A program made the position numbers and the translations under genes. Below the pieces are notes generated by a model. That model made no database searches, was not told the DNA's origin, and was given only the letters and a program-made list of their open reading frames with translations. Shown piece by piece: positions 35,878 through 43,284 of a stretch of DNA of 56,323 bases. Positions within the stretch are counted from its first letter, which is position 1, and each line of letters begins with the position of its first letter. The stretch spans positions 1 through 56,323 of IMG/VR virus record IMGVR_UViG_3300046788_000223; one strand, 5' to 3'. The DNA is from a virus.

Positions 35878-36090
35878 TTATATCCTGCCGACTTTCTTGG
35901 CCTGGGTTGCCGGCGCCCAGCTCTCGACCACGGGTTTCCAATAATTGAAGACGTGGGAAGCCAGGGGAATGACGACAGCGGCGATGACGGCCAGATAAAC
36001 AACGATCAGCGTATGGGACTTAACGAGATCGTGCGTCTTGCTGGCGATTGCCACTGCTTTCTGATGGATACTGGAGATTATCGCAGCCAT
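35878..36090 (-). CDS. Small single-pass membrane protein (weak holin candidate)
   Basis: 70 aa. TM segment LIVVYLAVIAAVVIPLA. Confidence 0.5.
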   Translation of the reverse strand: MAAIISSIHQKAVAIASKTHDLVKSHTLIVVYLAVIAAVVIPLASHVFNYWKPVVESWAPATQAKKVGRI

Positions 36091-36181
36091 GGTTAGTCCG
36101 CCCTTGTTTGGACACGAACTGTTTCTATATGTTGCAGCAAGTCAGTCGTCGGCGTCCCCGAGTTTAGTCTCGCGTACAGAA

Positions 36182-36215
36182 AGCCCCGGTCGTTGCCACA
36201 AGCAGCACCGGGGCT
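36182..36215 (-). terminator. Intrinsic-terminator-like hairpin upstream of the packaging genes
   Basis: The minus strand reads AGCCCCGGT-N16-ACCGGGGCT followed by TTCTGT. It starts 3 nt after the stop of ORF 36219-36626. Confidence 0.5.
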
Positions 36216-36218
36216 TCA

Positions 36219-36626
36219 TCATTTTTTGAGCTCAGGGGGCAAATCTGGGGGAAGCTCTGGAGCTGGCAAATCCACTCTCTTGGTGGGCGCAGTTCTCCCA
36301 AGCGCCATTGTGCCGCCCGCATATAGCGCATTTAGAAGCCTTGGAAACGTGGCCATTGGAAGGGCGGCCATGCCTCCATGAAGCAAAACGCCCTGATGGC
36401 GGTAAAGCCAATCCCCGACCAAAGATTCCGGCAGATAATAGGGCGCGTCGTCGGTGGCGGTTTTTGGTCCCCACCAGCCGATAGGATTTTGGCGCTGAAT
36501 GCCGCCCTCTAAGGAGTTCTGTTCCTTGGGCTGCTCTGGCTTTTGAGCTAAAATCTTGGCCAGAGTGTCGATGTCGGCCATTAGTATCGTTCCCAGTCCC
36601 AGGAGAGCCGCACAGACGCCTTTCAA
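36219..36626 (-). CDS. Hypothetical protein (start is TTG 36626 or ATG 36581)
   Basis: 135-aa ORF. No family recognised. Confidence 0.5.
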   Translation of the reverse strand: MKGVCAALLGLGTILMADIDTLAKILAQKPEQPKEQNSLEGGIQRQNPIGWWGPKTATDDAPYYLPESLVGDWLYRHQGVLLHGGMAALPMATFPRLLNALYAGGTMALGRTAPTKRVDLPAPELPPDLPPELKK

Positions 36627-36705
36627 TACCTACCCCGCTACCTACCTAGCCAGAAACCAAATCGACCGTTCTTGGCCCGTCCAGGGCATTTTCGAGTTGT
36701 ATATC

Positions 36706-36719
36706 GTTTCACGTGAAAC
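36706..36719. promoter_or_regulatory. Perfect 14-bp palindrome GTTTCACGTGAAAC
   Basis: Read directly from the sequence. It lies 11 nt downstream of the RHH gene stop, in a 103-nt intergenic region. Confidence 0.6.
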
Positions 36720-36729
36720 AACACGGCGT

Positions 36730-36939
36730 TCAGATCATGCCCTTGTCTTTGCGCTTTGCATACTCGAGGCCGTATTCTATCAACTGACGAACGGCGGCCG
36801 AGCGAGTCCGGAAGCGGTGCTCGTAGAAATAATCCTCGATTGCCTGGACCAGTGAAGGCGGCGCAGCTGTCCATATGCGCGCCGATGCTTCTTCGGGCTC
36901 GTCTTCTGGTCTAACGACATTGAGGGCCGGATGGGCCAT
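36730..36939 (-). CDS. Ribbon-helix-helix (CopG/Arc-like) DNA-binding protein
   Basis: ARIWTAAPPSLVQAIEDYF...RTRSAAVRQLIEYGLEY fits a beta-strand/helix/helix pattern. Confidence 0.6.
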   Translation of the reverse strand: MAHPALNVVRPEDEPEEASARIWTAAPPSLVQAIEDYFYEHRFRTRSAAVRQLIEYGLEYAKRKDKGMI

Positions 36940-37165
36940 CTCTCAGGACATGTTTTGGGATTTGGTCGCCGTGCTGGCTATTCTGGCACGTCTCGCGGGG
37001 CTCTTGCCCTTACGCGGGGAGATCCGGCCAGCTGCGCACTAAGACCGCCATTCACAAATTCACAGTTGCACGCGTTCACTTATACAAGGCACCCTCTGCC
37101 ATTGTTCGCGCGATTTTGCAAGAGAATGTTGGCGCGAACTATCGAGTTTTTCGATATTGTTGCTC
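36940..37165 (-). promoter_or_regulatory. 226-nt non-coding region downstream of the NusG-like gene (candidate late promoter / regulatory leader)
   Basis: No plausible ORF. Direct repeats ATTCACA at 37050 and 37058. An 8-bp inverted repeat GTTCGCGC...GCGCGAAC spans 37104-37139. Confidence 0.3.
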
Positions 37166-37747
37166 TCAGGCCACCGCCAATTGATCCGCCTCCATTGAAA
37201 CCACCCGCATTGATCCGAATAGGTGGAGCATTACATCGATTTTCTTGCGGGCGACGGTGCTGACTTTGGCTGGGAAGCCCATAAATGGCCCGTCGATGAT
37301 TTTGACCTTGGCGCCGGGCTGGAATGGGCTCAGCTGTTTGATGGACTGGCGCCAGCCGGTCTCAGACAGGCTTTTTATGAACTCCGCATCGGTTTCGGTC
37401 AGGACCACAGGCTTAAAATCGGTGCGGGATCGGCTTAGGATGCCTTTGACCCCGTCGATTTGCCTGAGTGTGTAGAACTCCTGGTTGATTTTGCGGGTCT
37501 CGAGCTGAACGAAGACATAGGACGGGTACAGCGGAACCCTTACCTTCTTGGGGTGGCGCTTGCCACGCTGGGGGATTTTCTGCAGTTCGAACGGGACCAG
37601 AGCCGGCCGCTCGCTCTGGCGCAGCATCCGGGCGACCTCAAATTCAATGCCGCGCGCCTCCTCATTCGAATTCGGATTGACGCGCACCTTGACGCGGCGG
37701 GAGGGGTCAGTTCCGAGGATGTACCAGCCATAGACTAGTTCGATCAT
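37166..37747 (-). CDS. NusG/RfaH-family transcription antitermination-like factor
   Basis: NGN-like N-terminus (WYILGT..., PLYPSYVFVQ) and a KOW motif (GAKVKIIDGPFMGFPAKVSTV). Confidence 0.8.
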   Translation of the reverse strand: MIELVYGWYILGTDPSRRVKVRVNPNSNEEARGIEFEVARMLRQSERPALVPFELQKIPQRGKRHPKKVRVPLYPSYVFVQLETRKINQEFYTLRQIDGVKGILSRSRTDFKPVVLTETDAEFIKSLSETGWRQSIKQLSPFQPGAKVKIIDGPFMGFPAKVSTVARKKIDVMLHLFGSMRVVSMEADQLAVA

Positions 37748-37890
37748 GCTTGTCCCTTGCGTGCAATGCGCACCTTTTTTGAACCGCGCTGACGCAACCG
37801 GGCACTTACGTCGAGATGCTTGATCGACTTAATGAGCTTGCCGCCCCGATCGATCCTCCACCCCTTGATGGCGATCCCCTGGAGCTTCAT
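37744..37890 (-). CDS. Small basic protein (48 aa)
   Basis: Hand translation gives MKLQGIAIKGWRIDRGGKLIKSIKHLDVSARLRQRGSKKVRIARKGQA. ATGA overlaps at both ends. Confidence 0.4.
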   Translation of the reverse strand: MKLQGIAIKGWRIDRGGKLIKSIKHLDVSARLRQRGSKKVRIARKGQA

Positions 37891-38354
37891 TGGGTCGTCT
37901 CGTCATAACGCTGAACGCTTGCTTCGAAGTGTTCGGCCATAAGCCGGGCGCATGTCTCGCCATCCGCATGGCTGAACGCCGCGCTGATCCAAAGCTTGTC
38001 CTTGTCTGGGACTAGGTGGAGTAGCGTTATCTTGTTGGCGAGGTTGTTGCGGACTTGCTCGACTCGTTGGAGCTTTTCTAGATAGGCTGGATCGTTGGAT
38101 GGCTGGCGGAGGTCCTTATAGATTTGCTCTATGAGTTCTGTGTTGCGTTTGACTTCTGCGATTAGGTCTGCGTGATCCTTGGCGAGGATTTCGTCGGCCT
38201 TGGCCTCCAGCCTTGCCAGTTCCTCCAACGGAGCTTTGACATAGCCTGCTGAGCGCAGAAGCTTCTCCTCGCGCTCCTTCCGTTCTTCTGCCGCGTTCGG
38301 ATTAAACACGTAGGCTGGCGCACCGGGCGTGGGTGATTTCTTTTTGCGGCTCAT
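37887..38354 (-). CDS. Hypothetical protein (start re-set to MSRKKK)
   Basis: ATGA overlap with the upstream stop. 155 aa, helical and charged. Confidence 0.55.
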   Translation of the reverse strand: MSRKKKSPTPGAPAYVFNPNAAEERKEREEKLLRSAGYVKAPLEELARLEAKADEILAKDHADLIAEVKRNTELIEQIYKDLRQPSNDPAYLEKLQRVEQVRNNLANKITLLHLVPDKDKLWISAAFSHADGETCARLMAEHFEASVQRYDETTQ

Positions 38355-38992
38355 TGGGGCGGGCTCACATCCACTTCGCGACGCGATCGGCACGGGGTAG
38401 CCCATACTTGGCAGCGCTGGTTCATTCCTTCTGGATTGATCGGGCCGCCTGGGCCAGTCTGACCAGTGGCAGCGCCGTATAGCCTGGTAATAGCCTTCCC
38501 CCCCTTGGCTGCCCAACTGTCGCCAGGCGAGCTAGGCCCACACCTGAACTCGCGATTGATGGCCAACGAATAATCCATGAACTCGCCGCCCCCGCCGCTC
38601 CAGCTGACCATCTTGCGCCAGCGCTCGATTGCGTCGGTGCGTGCCTTATCAACGTCCTTGTGCTCATCTGAGACCGCAGTTATCCGCTCGGTCTTGCACG
38701 CTCCACGCTCTGACGGATCGCTGTCGGCCTCTCGGCGCTCGTACCCATAGACGCGCTCTGGCCTGGGGTCATATCGGCGGTAATATTCTTCCCGATCGCG
38801 ATGCACCCACCGCGCACAGTGGCGCTCTATGCGATAGCTCCAGCCATCGGAAACCCTTACCCCGTACCAATGCGCGCAGTAGCGCTCAGCATGGGCAGCG
38901 CGAGCAATGGCAATCGCCGCAAACATGACCGCGCCAGCGAGTACGACAGCGCATGCCACGACCATTGCGGCTTGGAATAAAACGCGCTTCAT
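38351..38992 (-). CDS. Signal-anchored / secreted hypothetical protein (start re-set to MKRVLF)
   Basis: AGGAAAGG SD. The hydrophobic N-terminus AAMVVACAVVLAGAVMFAAIAIARA is followed by a Cys/Arg/Trp-rich domain. Confidence 0.5.
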   Translation of the reverse strand: MKRVLFQAAMVVACAVVLAGAVMFAAIAIARAAHAERYCAHWYGVRVSDGWSYRIERHCARWVHRDREEYYRRYDPRPERVYGYERREADSDPSERGACKTERITAVSDEHKDVDKARTDAIERWRKMVSWSGGGGEFMDYSLAINREFRCGPSSPGDSWAAKGGKAITRLYGAATGQTGPGGPINPEGMNQRCQVWATPCRSRREVDVSPPQ

Positions 38993-39147
38993 GGAGACCA
39001 CCTTTCCTGCTCTTTCGTATAGTGGTGCCATTCGGCGTTCTTGTATGCCGTTAGGTCGGCGCAGCCCATGGCTAGGCTTGCGAAGAGCAGCCCGAGGCTG
39101 ATGGCGACCCACAGCAAGGCAATGCTGACGTCCTTTTCAATGGGCAT
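38989..39147 (-). CDS. Small membrane protein (52 aa)
   Basis: GGGGTGGA SD. TM segment VSIALLWVAISLGLLFASLA. Confidence 0.4.
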   Translation of the reverse strand: MPIEKDVSIALLWVAISLGLLFASLAMGCADLTAYKNAEWHHYTKEQERWSP

Positions 39148-39361
39148 TATTTCCACCCCACGAACTGTTACGCGCGCGCGCGTGATCGGCTTGGGCGGTG
39201 AAGATCGCTTGCTCCTCAAGCCAGTTGTTCTTGATGATTAGCCGCTTGTTTTCTGCCCTCAATTCCATGTTCTCGGCATCTAGATGCTCAAGCTTCTCTA
39301 GGGCTCGATCTAGACGGCGCTGGAGCAACTGCCTTTGTTCCTCTTTGACTTTGACGGTCAT
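39137..39361 (-). CDS. Small coiled-coil protein
   Basis: 74-aa ORF with a heptad-like charged sequence. Confidence 0.45.
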   Translation of the reverse strand: MTVKVKEEQRQLLQRRLDRALEKLEHLDAENMELRAENKRLIIKNNWLEEQAIFTAQADHARARNSSWGGNNAH

Positions 39362-39534
39362 CTCAGCACCCCAACGGTGATAGGATCGTTGTCTCGGGTT
39401 TTGTCCCTTGGCCTGACCACGCGGCGGCGGACTTGGTGGATCTCATCGACAAGCCTGGCCGACTCTTCCGGACTTAACATGCCGGTGGCGAGCTGCCTTT
39501 TGAGATGGGCCTCTAGGGCTTTGACCATATCCAT
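39358..39534 (-). CDS. Small hypothetical protein (58 aa)
   Basis: Hand translation gives MDMVKALEAHLKRQLATGMLSPEESARLVDEIHQVRRRVV... It has an ATGA overlap with the next gene. Confidence 0.4.
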   Translation of the reverse strand: MDMVKALEAHLKRQLATGMLSPEESARLVDEIHQVRRRVVRPRDKTRDNDPITVGVLR

Positions 39535-39639
39535 CTAATCAAGCCCCAGGTCGCGCTGTTCTTTGTCGTCGTCATGCCAGGGCCTGATCCACAGAATGAA
39601 ACAGCCCAAGGCAACCAAGAAAATCCCCGCACCAAACAT
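39535..39639 (-). CDS. Possible membrane peptide (34 aa)
   Basis: GGAGGGAGG SD, then MFGAGIFLVALGCFILWIRPW... Confidence 0.25.
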   Translation of the reverse strand: MFGAGIFLVALGCFILWIRPWHDDDKEQRDLGLD

Positions 39640-39668
39640 GATCCAACCTCCCTCCATGTTGAATTAAA

Positions 39669-39763
39669 CCCGACGACGGAACAGCTGCGAGGAACCTATT
39701 GCAGCCTCTAAACCCTCGGCTCGCTCTTGGGGAAACGTGAGGTTCAGGGGTTCCATCGTCGGG
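39669..39763 (-). other. Structured intergenic element / compound terminator downstream of the OMP gene
   Basis: 14-nt arms at 39669-39682 and 39750-39763 pair at 13 of 14 positions and enclose smaller hairpins. The minus-strand transcript ends with TTTAATT. Confidence 0.4.
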
Positions 39764-39770
39764 AACTCAA

Positions 39771-40397
39771 TTAGCGACCGACCGGGAACGCGAAGATCAC
39801 GCGCCCCATGACGGTTTGCTCGCGAGCGGCGCTAAGCGCGTCCCACTCGATGTGGTTGTATTCAAGGGCTAGGCGCCAGTGCTTGGTAACGGCCGTCTCG
39901 ATGCCGCCGCCTACGTCAATGCCCTTCGTGTTGCCGAGATTGTTGCTCAGATATAGCCACTTATAGCCAACCAGTCCGTAGACCAGTGTGCTTGGCGTAG
40001 GCAGAACGCCTGCGCGAGCGCCGCACCCGTACTCCTGGGCCGAGACAGTGGTTCCAAGGAATGACGTGTTGACGTGATCCCACTGCGCATCACAGAACCC
40101 GCCAAACACCAACTTATCGAGCTGCACGTCTGCGCCGGCCCGGCCGTTGATCCCCCAGCCATCAACCCCAATGCCATAATCCGAGGTCAACGAACCCGTG
40201 ACGACGCCGGCCGACACGTAAAACGCCGTCCAAGGCGCAGTCGGGAACATCTGCTCAGCTTCTGCGCGGCTTACACCAGGAATGGGTCCGCCCTTATCAG
40301 CGGCCCAGCCCTTGGAGTGGGCAAACATGAAAATCGCCAACGCCACCAAGACGGTGATGACCCCCGCCAGTAACTTGTTCTCTTTGAGGAACTGCAT
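39771..40397 (-). CDS. Outer-membrane beta-barrel protein, Omp25/Omp31/RopB-like (moron)
   Basis: Signal-like N-terminus. Alternating beta-strand motifs: WTAFYVSAGV, GRAGADVQLDKLVFGGFCDAQW, GARAGVL..LVYGLVGYKW, GGGIETAVTKHWRLALEYNHIEW. GGAGA SD. Confidence 0.7.
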   Translation of the reverse strand: MQFLKENKLLAGVITVLVALAIFMFAHSKGWAADKGGPIPGVSRAEAEQMFPTAPWTAFYVSAGVVTGSLTSDYGIGVDGWGINGRAGADVQLDKLVFGGFCDAQWDHVNTSFLGTTVSAQEYGCGARAGVLPTPSTLVYGLVGYKWLYLSNNLGNTKGIDVGGGIETAVTKHWRLALEYNHIEWDALSAAREQTVMGRVIFAFPVGR

Positions 40398-40442
40398 GTT
40401 GCGTCTCCGCTGTTGAGGTTGAACGCACTTTCGAAGACGCAA

Positions 40443-41384
40443 CTAACGCGCGGCCGTTCTAAGGTTCCAGCCCATACGCGCTGGCAAAACGTAATCCTTC
40501 GGCAAAATGGCCTCAGCCTCTTCGCTGGCATTGATCAGGCATGGGGGAATAGGGATTAGCCTGCCTGGATCAAGGTGATGCTTGCGGTAGTGGCCACGGC
40601 GCCAGTGCATCCTGGGGCTCTTGCGACCAAGACCATTTATCGGTTCTCTCGACGCTCCGGCATTTTGTGCGCCTCCAAATCTGAGACGGATTTCATAAGC
40701 GTCCCGGATGCACGGCTTTCCCTTCTTCTCTCTGGCTTTGTTGAGCTTGTCGGAGGCCGGAATGCTGATCTTGATGACGTCCTTGCTCAACAACATAGAG
40801 ACAAGTCCAGCCACGACGCCAGCCGATCGACACGCATCCGCTTGCTGATCTTCAACCGAAACAGGTGTCATATGTGGTAATCTGTTCGTCAGTCCCGCAA
40901 TATGCCACCAGCGCAGTTCAAAATTGTGAGGATAATGTCCGCGCGCCACTATGTTTGAACTGGGGATGAGGCTTCCCAGGCGTGTCCAATCCAGCTGTGT
41001 CACAAATAAAGTTCCCGGCACGAGTGCGTCGTTGGCCTCTTCAACAGAAAATCTAAAGGCCGCGATGTCTTTGGCTCTTTCATAGAGTTCAGCTGCACGC
41101 TCTGCGTCGCCGTCTGTAACCATATGAGCTACGAAATGCCCCATCCCACACGAGAAAAACGTTACATCGTAAGGAAGCCTAAGAAGCCGCCTCGATAGCA
41201 GATCAAGGCCGAATTCTGTATGCTCATTCTCTGGCGATATTTGACCAAAATCGAAGGTTACCGCTTGCTCTAAAAGCATCTTTGACGCCTTCACTTCAGT
41301 GACAACGGGAGCCATAACATCCGAAAAATCCATATTTACCTGTAGGTTATTCAACGCCTCGATAGCCTTGTGTGCACGCATCAA
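40443..41384 (-). CDS. Hypothetical protein
   Basis: 313 aa. C-terminal SPRMHWRRGHYRKH basic motif. No family assigned. Confidence 0.55.
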   Translation of the reverse strand: MMRAHKAIEALNNLQVNMDFSDVMAPVVTEVKASKMLLEQAVTFDFGQISPENEHTEFGLDLLSRRLLRLPYDVTFFSCGMGHFVAHMVTDGDAERAAELYERAKDIAAFRFSVEEANDALVPGTLFVTQLDWTRLGSLIPSSNIVARGHYPHNFELRWWHIAGLTNRLPHMTPVSVEDQQADACRSAGVVAGLVSMLLSKDVIKISIPASDKLNKAREKKGKPCIRDAYEIRLRFGGAQNAGASREPINGLGRKSPRMHWRRGHYRKHHLDPGRLIPIPPCLINASEEAEAILPKDYVLPARMGWNLRTAAR

Positions 41385-41944
41385 CGCCTCCCCCGTACGC
41401 GATCGGCAAGCTGTTGGCGTCGCTCAAGAAGCATGATCTTGTTTTTGGCGACGATCGGATTGCTGCCGTTCCAAGTCTCGACTGCTTTTGCTTCGCGTTT
41501 CATCTCCGCGATCACGCCAGGATCTTCCGGTAATCGCCCATGCTTGAAGCAGTAGGGGACGAGCATTCCAATCCAACCCTCGTTGGCGGCTTTCTTGGCC
41601 AGAGGATTGACCATCAGCACGTTCCACACGTGGTCTTCGCTCGCCTCTTCTGTTTTTTCCGCCACTGCGGGCAATGCGCTCGCCTGCCTTTCCGTTTCGA
41701 AGATGCGCTTGGCTTTGATGCATGCCTGGATGCACTCGGCCACCAGCGGCGTTTTTTCGTTCATCCTAGATTCAACCATCTGACGCGCAGCGAGATCGAC
41801 CACGTCATCGCTAAACGTCGAGGCTGATAGGGCATCCACTAGGGCATCCGCCCAAGCCTCCTCCTTGCCCTCTTCCCATTTGTTGGTCTGAAAATTGGCA
41901 AGGATCTTGGTCGCGAAGGCTAGAATGGCTTTCTTGCTGGCCAT
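41381..41944 (-). CDS. Hypothetical protein (replication module by position)
   Basis: 187 aa, with 4-nt and 1-nt overlaps to its neighbours. Confidence 0.55.
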   Translation of the reverse strand: MASKKAILAFATKILANFQTNKWEEGKEEAWADALVDALSASTFSDDVVDLAARQMVESRMNEKTPLVAECIQACIKAKRIFETERQASALPAVAEKTEEASEDHVWNVLMVNPLAKKAANEGWIGMLVPYCFKHGRLPEDPGVIAEMKREAKAVETWNGSNPIVAKNKIMLLERRQQLADRVRGRR

Positions 41945-42951
41945 TAGCGTGTCGTCCTCTGTGCGGTTTTCTCCTCGACTAGTCGCATAAGACGATCCGC
42001 TCGACTTTGTTTTGGTACGGCGGCGGCCTTCTTCGCCATCCTCTCCTTCGCGTTTCTGGCTGCGCCAATAAGATACTTGTACGGCGCACTGATAAGACCG
42101 CCAGCCATATCGGCAAGCGTTATGGAAAACGCCTCCAGCATTGCTGGGGCAGTGAATGTCTTGATGTTGGTGGTGAGCATGCGCTGGGCGGTTTGCTCGT
42201 CCACTCGCGCGTGCCGGCCGATGAAGGCGATCAAATCGACCGCTGTTCCATTCAGCTCATCCAAATACCCACTACTACCCCCCGCAGCGTCTACCTCTAC
42301 GTTTGTAGTAGGTATTATTTCTTTCTTTTCTGGCTTCTGGATTCTGGATTCTGGATTAGTGCCACAGTCGTGGTCTGGCTGTGCCACAGCTGTGGTGGGG
42401 GTATCGTTGATTTCATTGGATAATTTCGTGGTCGACTGGGTGGGTAACCCCAGGGATGGAATTGGGGTAACCCCAGGGTTGACCCTAGGGTTGACCCCAG
42501 GGTTGACTGGGGGGTTGACCCTAGGGTTGGCCCTTTTGGCAGCTAGGTCCGCCTCGAGCTCCTGGGCTATCTGCCGGCGCTTTGCCTCACGCTCTTTGGC
42601 CGCCCTGACACGGGCAACGTACTCGCGCCTATAACGGTCAATTTCCTCCTGCACGCGCTCGTTTATGAGGATGCCTTGGGCGCGGATAATCTTGCCCTTG
42701 GCAACGAGCGATGCCATTACCTTGCGGTATTGCAGGATATGGACGTTCAGGAGCCTGGACGTGATTTTGTCATCATCCGGGGGCGCGCTTCCGGTGTCGT
42801 ACATATAGGCGCAAAACCGGATATATAGCCCCTCCTCCTCAAGGTTCAGGCACAGGCATCCGGTGCGCCAATCACTGGGAAAAAAGCGCGCATACGTCAT
42901 GCCGCCAAGCGGATGGGCGGCTGCCCTTTCCATCGATGTCGGATAGGTCAT
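41944..42951 (-). CDS. DUF1376-type replication-associated protein containing in-frame DNA iterons
   Basis: N-terminus YARFFPSDWRTGCLCLNLEEEGLYIRFCAYMYDTG fits the DUF1376 pattern. The central NP(R/G/P)V peptide repeat is encoded by 12-bp DNA repeats. Confidence 0.55.
   Translation of the reverse strand: MTYPTSMERAAAHPLGGMTYARFFPSDWRTGCLCLNLEEEGLYIRFCAYMYDTGSAPPDDDKITSRLLNVHILQYRKVMASLVAKGKIIRAQGILINERVQEEIDRYRREYVARVRAAKEREAKRRQIAQELEADLAAKRANPRVNPPVNPGVNPRVNPGVTPIPSLGLPTQSTTKLSNEINDTPTTAVAQPDHDCGTNPESRIQKPEKKEIIPTTNVEVDAAGGSSGYLDELNGTAVDLIAFIGRHARVDEQTAQRMLTTNIKTFTAPAMLEAFSITLADMAGGLISAPYKYLIGAARNAKERMAKKAAAVPKQSRADRLMRLVEEKTAQRTTR
42311..42357. repeat. AT-rich tract plus 7-bp tandem repeats next to the iterons
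   Basis: GGTATTATTTCTTTCTTTTC is followed by TTCTGGC TTCTGGA TTCTGGA TTCTGGA. Confidence 0.55.
42442..42533. repeat. Iteron-like repeats (candidate replication origin)
   Basis: GGGTAACCCCAGGG occurs twice (42442 and 42465). There are then about 4.5 tandem copies of the 12-bp unit GGGTTGACCC(C/T)A across 42476-42533. Confidence 0.6.
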
Positions 42952-43190
42952 GACACGACCTCGCCTTCATCGCCGCGAAGGCGGGTGAATATGGCCAATA
43001 GCATCCGCTGCTCGCGATTAGGGCGCGGAGCCGCCTTGGCGCGGATTAGAGAACGAACCAATTCCCCGGTTTCACGCAAGGAAAGTTTGTCAGCCATTGA
43101 CCGCCACGCGGTCAGATCAATGTCGATCTCACCCAAAGGGTTGGGCGTGAATGTCGGCTTGACATCCTGTGAGTTGTGTGTATTTTCCAT
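42948..43190 (-). CDS. Hypothetical protein
   Basis: 80-aa ORF with a 4-nt overlap to the DUF1376 gene. Confidence 0.5.
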   Translation of the reverse strand: MENTHNSQDVKPTFTPNPLGEIDIDLTAWRSMADKLSLRETGELVRSLIRAKAAPRPNREQRMLLAIFTRLRGDEGEVVS

Positions 43191-43251
43191 CTCAATCTTC
43201 TCGTGTTTGGAGCCGTGGTCAGCGGCTCTGTTTGACTAACCGGCAGCATCC

Positions 43252-43280
43252 AAAACCCTCGATCGGCAATCGGGGGTTTT
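43252..43280 (-). terminator. Rho-independent terminator inside the early leftward operon
   Basis: The minus strand reads AAAACCCCCGAT-TGCCG-ATCGAGGGTTTTGG, starting 4 nt after the stop at 43285. Confidence 0.6.
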
Positions 43281-43284
43281 GCAT

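Noticed and set aside
35584-36096. Plus-strand 170-aa ORF and many other long antisense or off-frame ORFs in the track (for example 372-866, 9867-10460, 10677-11264, 21598-22182, 32520-33095, 43616-44134)
   Set aside because: They lie entirely within better-supported genes on the opposite strand or in another frame. They have Arg/Ala/Pro/Gly-biased composition and lack SD sequences. These are typical shadow ORFs of GC-rich DNA.
36627-36650. RfaH ops-like element (on the transcribed strand: GGTAGGTAGCGGGGTAGGTA)
   Set aside because: It shares only the GGTAG core with the E. coli ops consensus GGCGGTAGnnTG and has several mismatches in every register. That is too weak to call without comparative data.
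42442-42533. CRISPR-like array
   Set aside because: The repeats are only 12-14 bp, contiguous with no spacers, and in frame within a coding gene. They fit iterons or a peptide repeat, not a CRISPR array.
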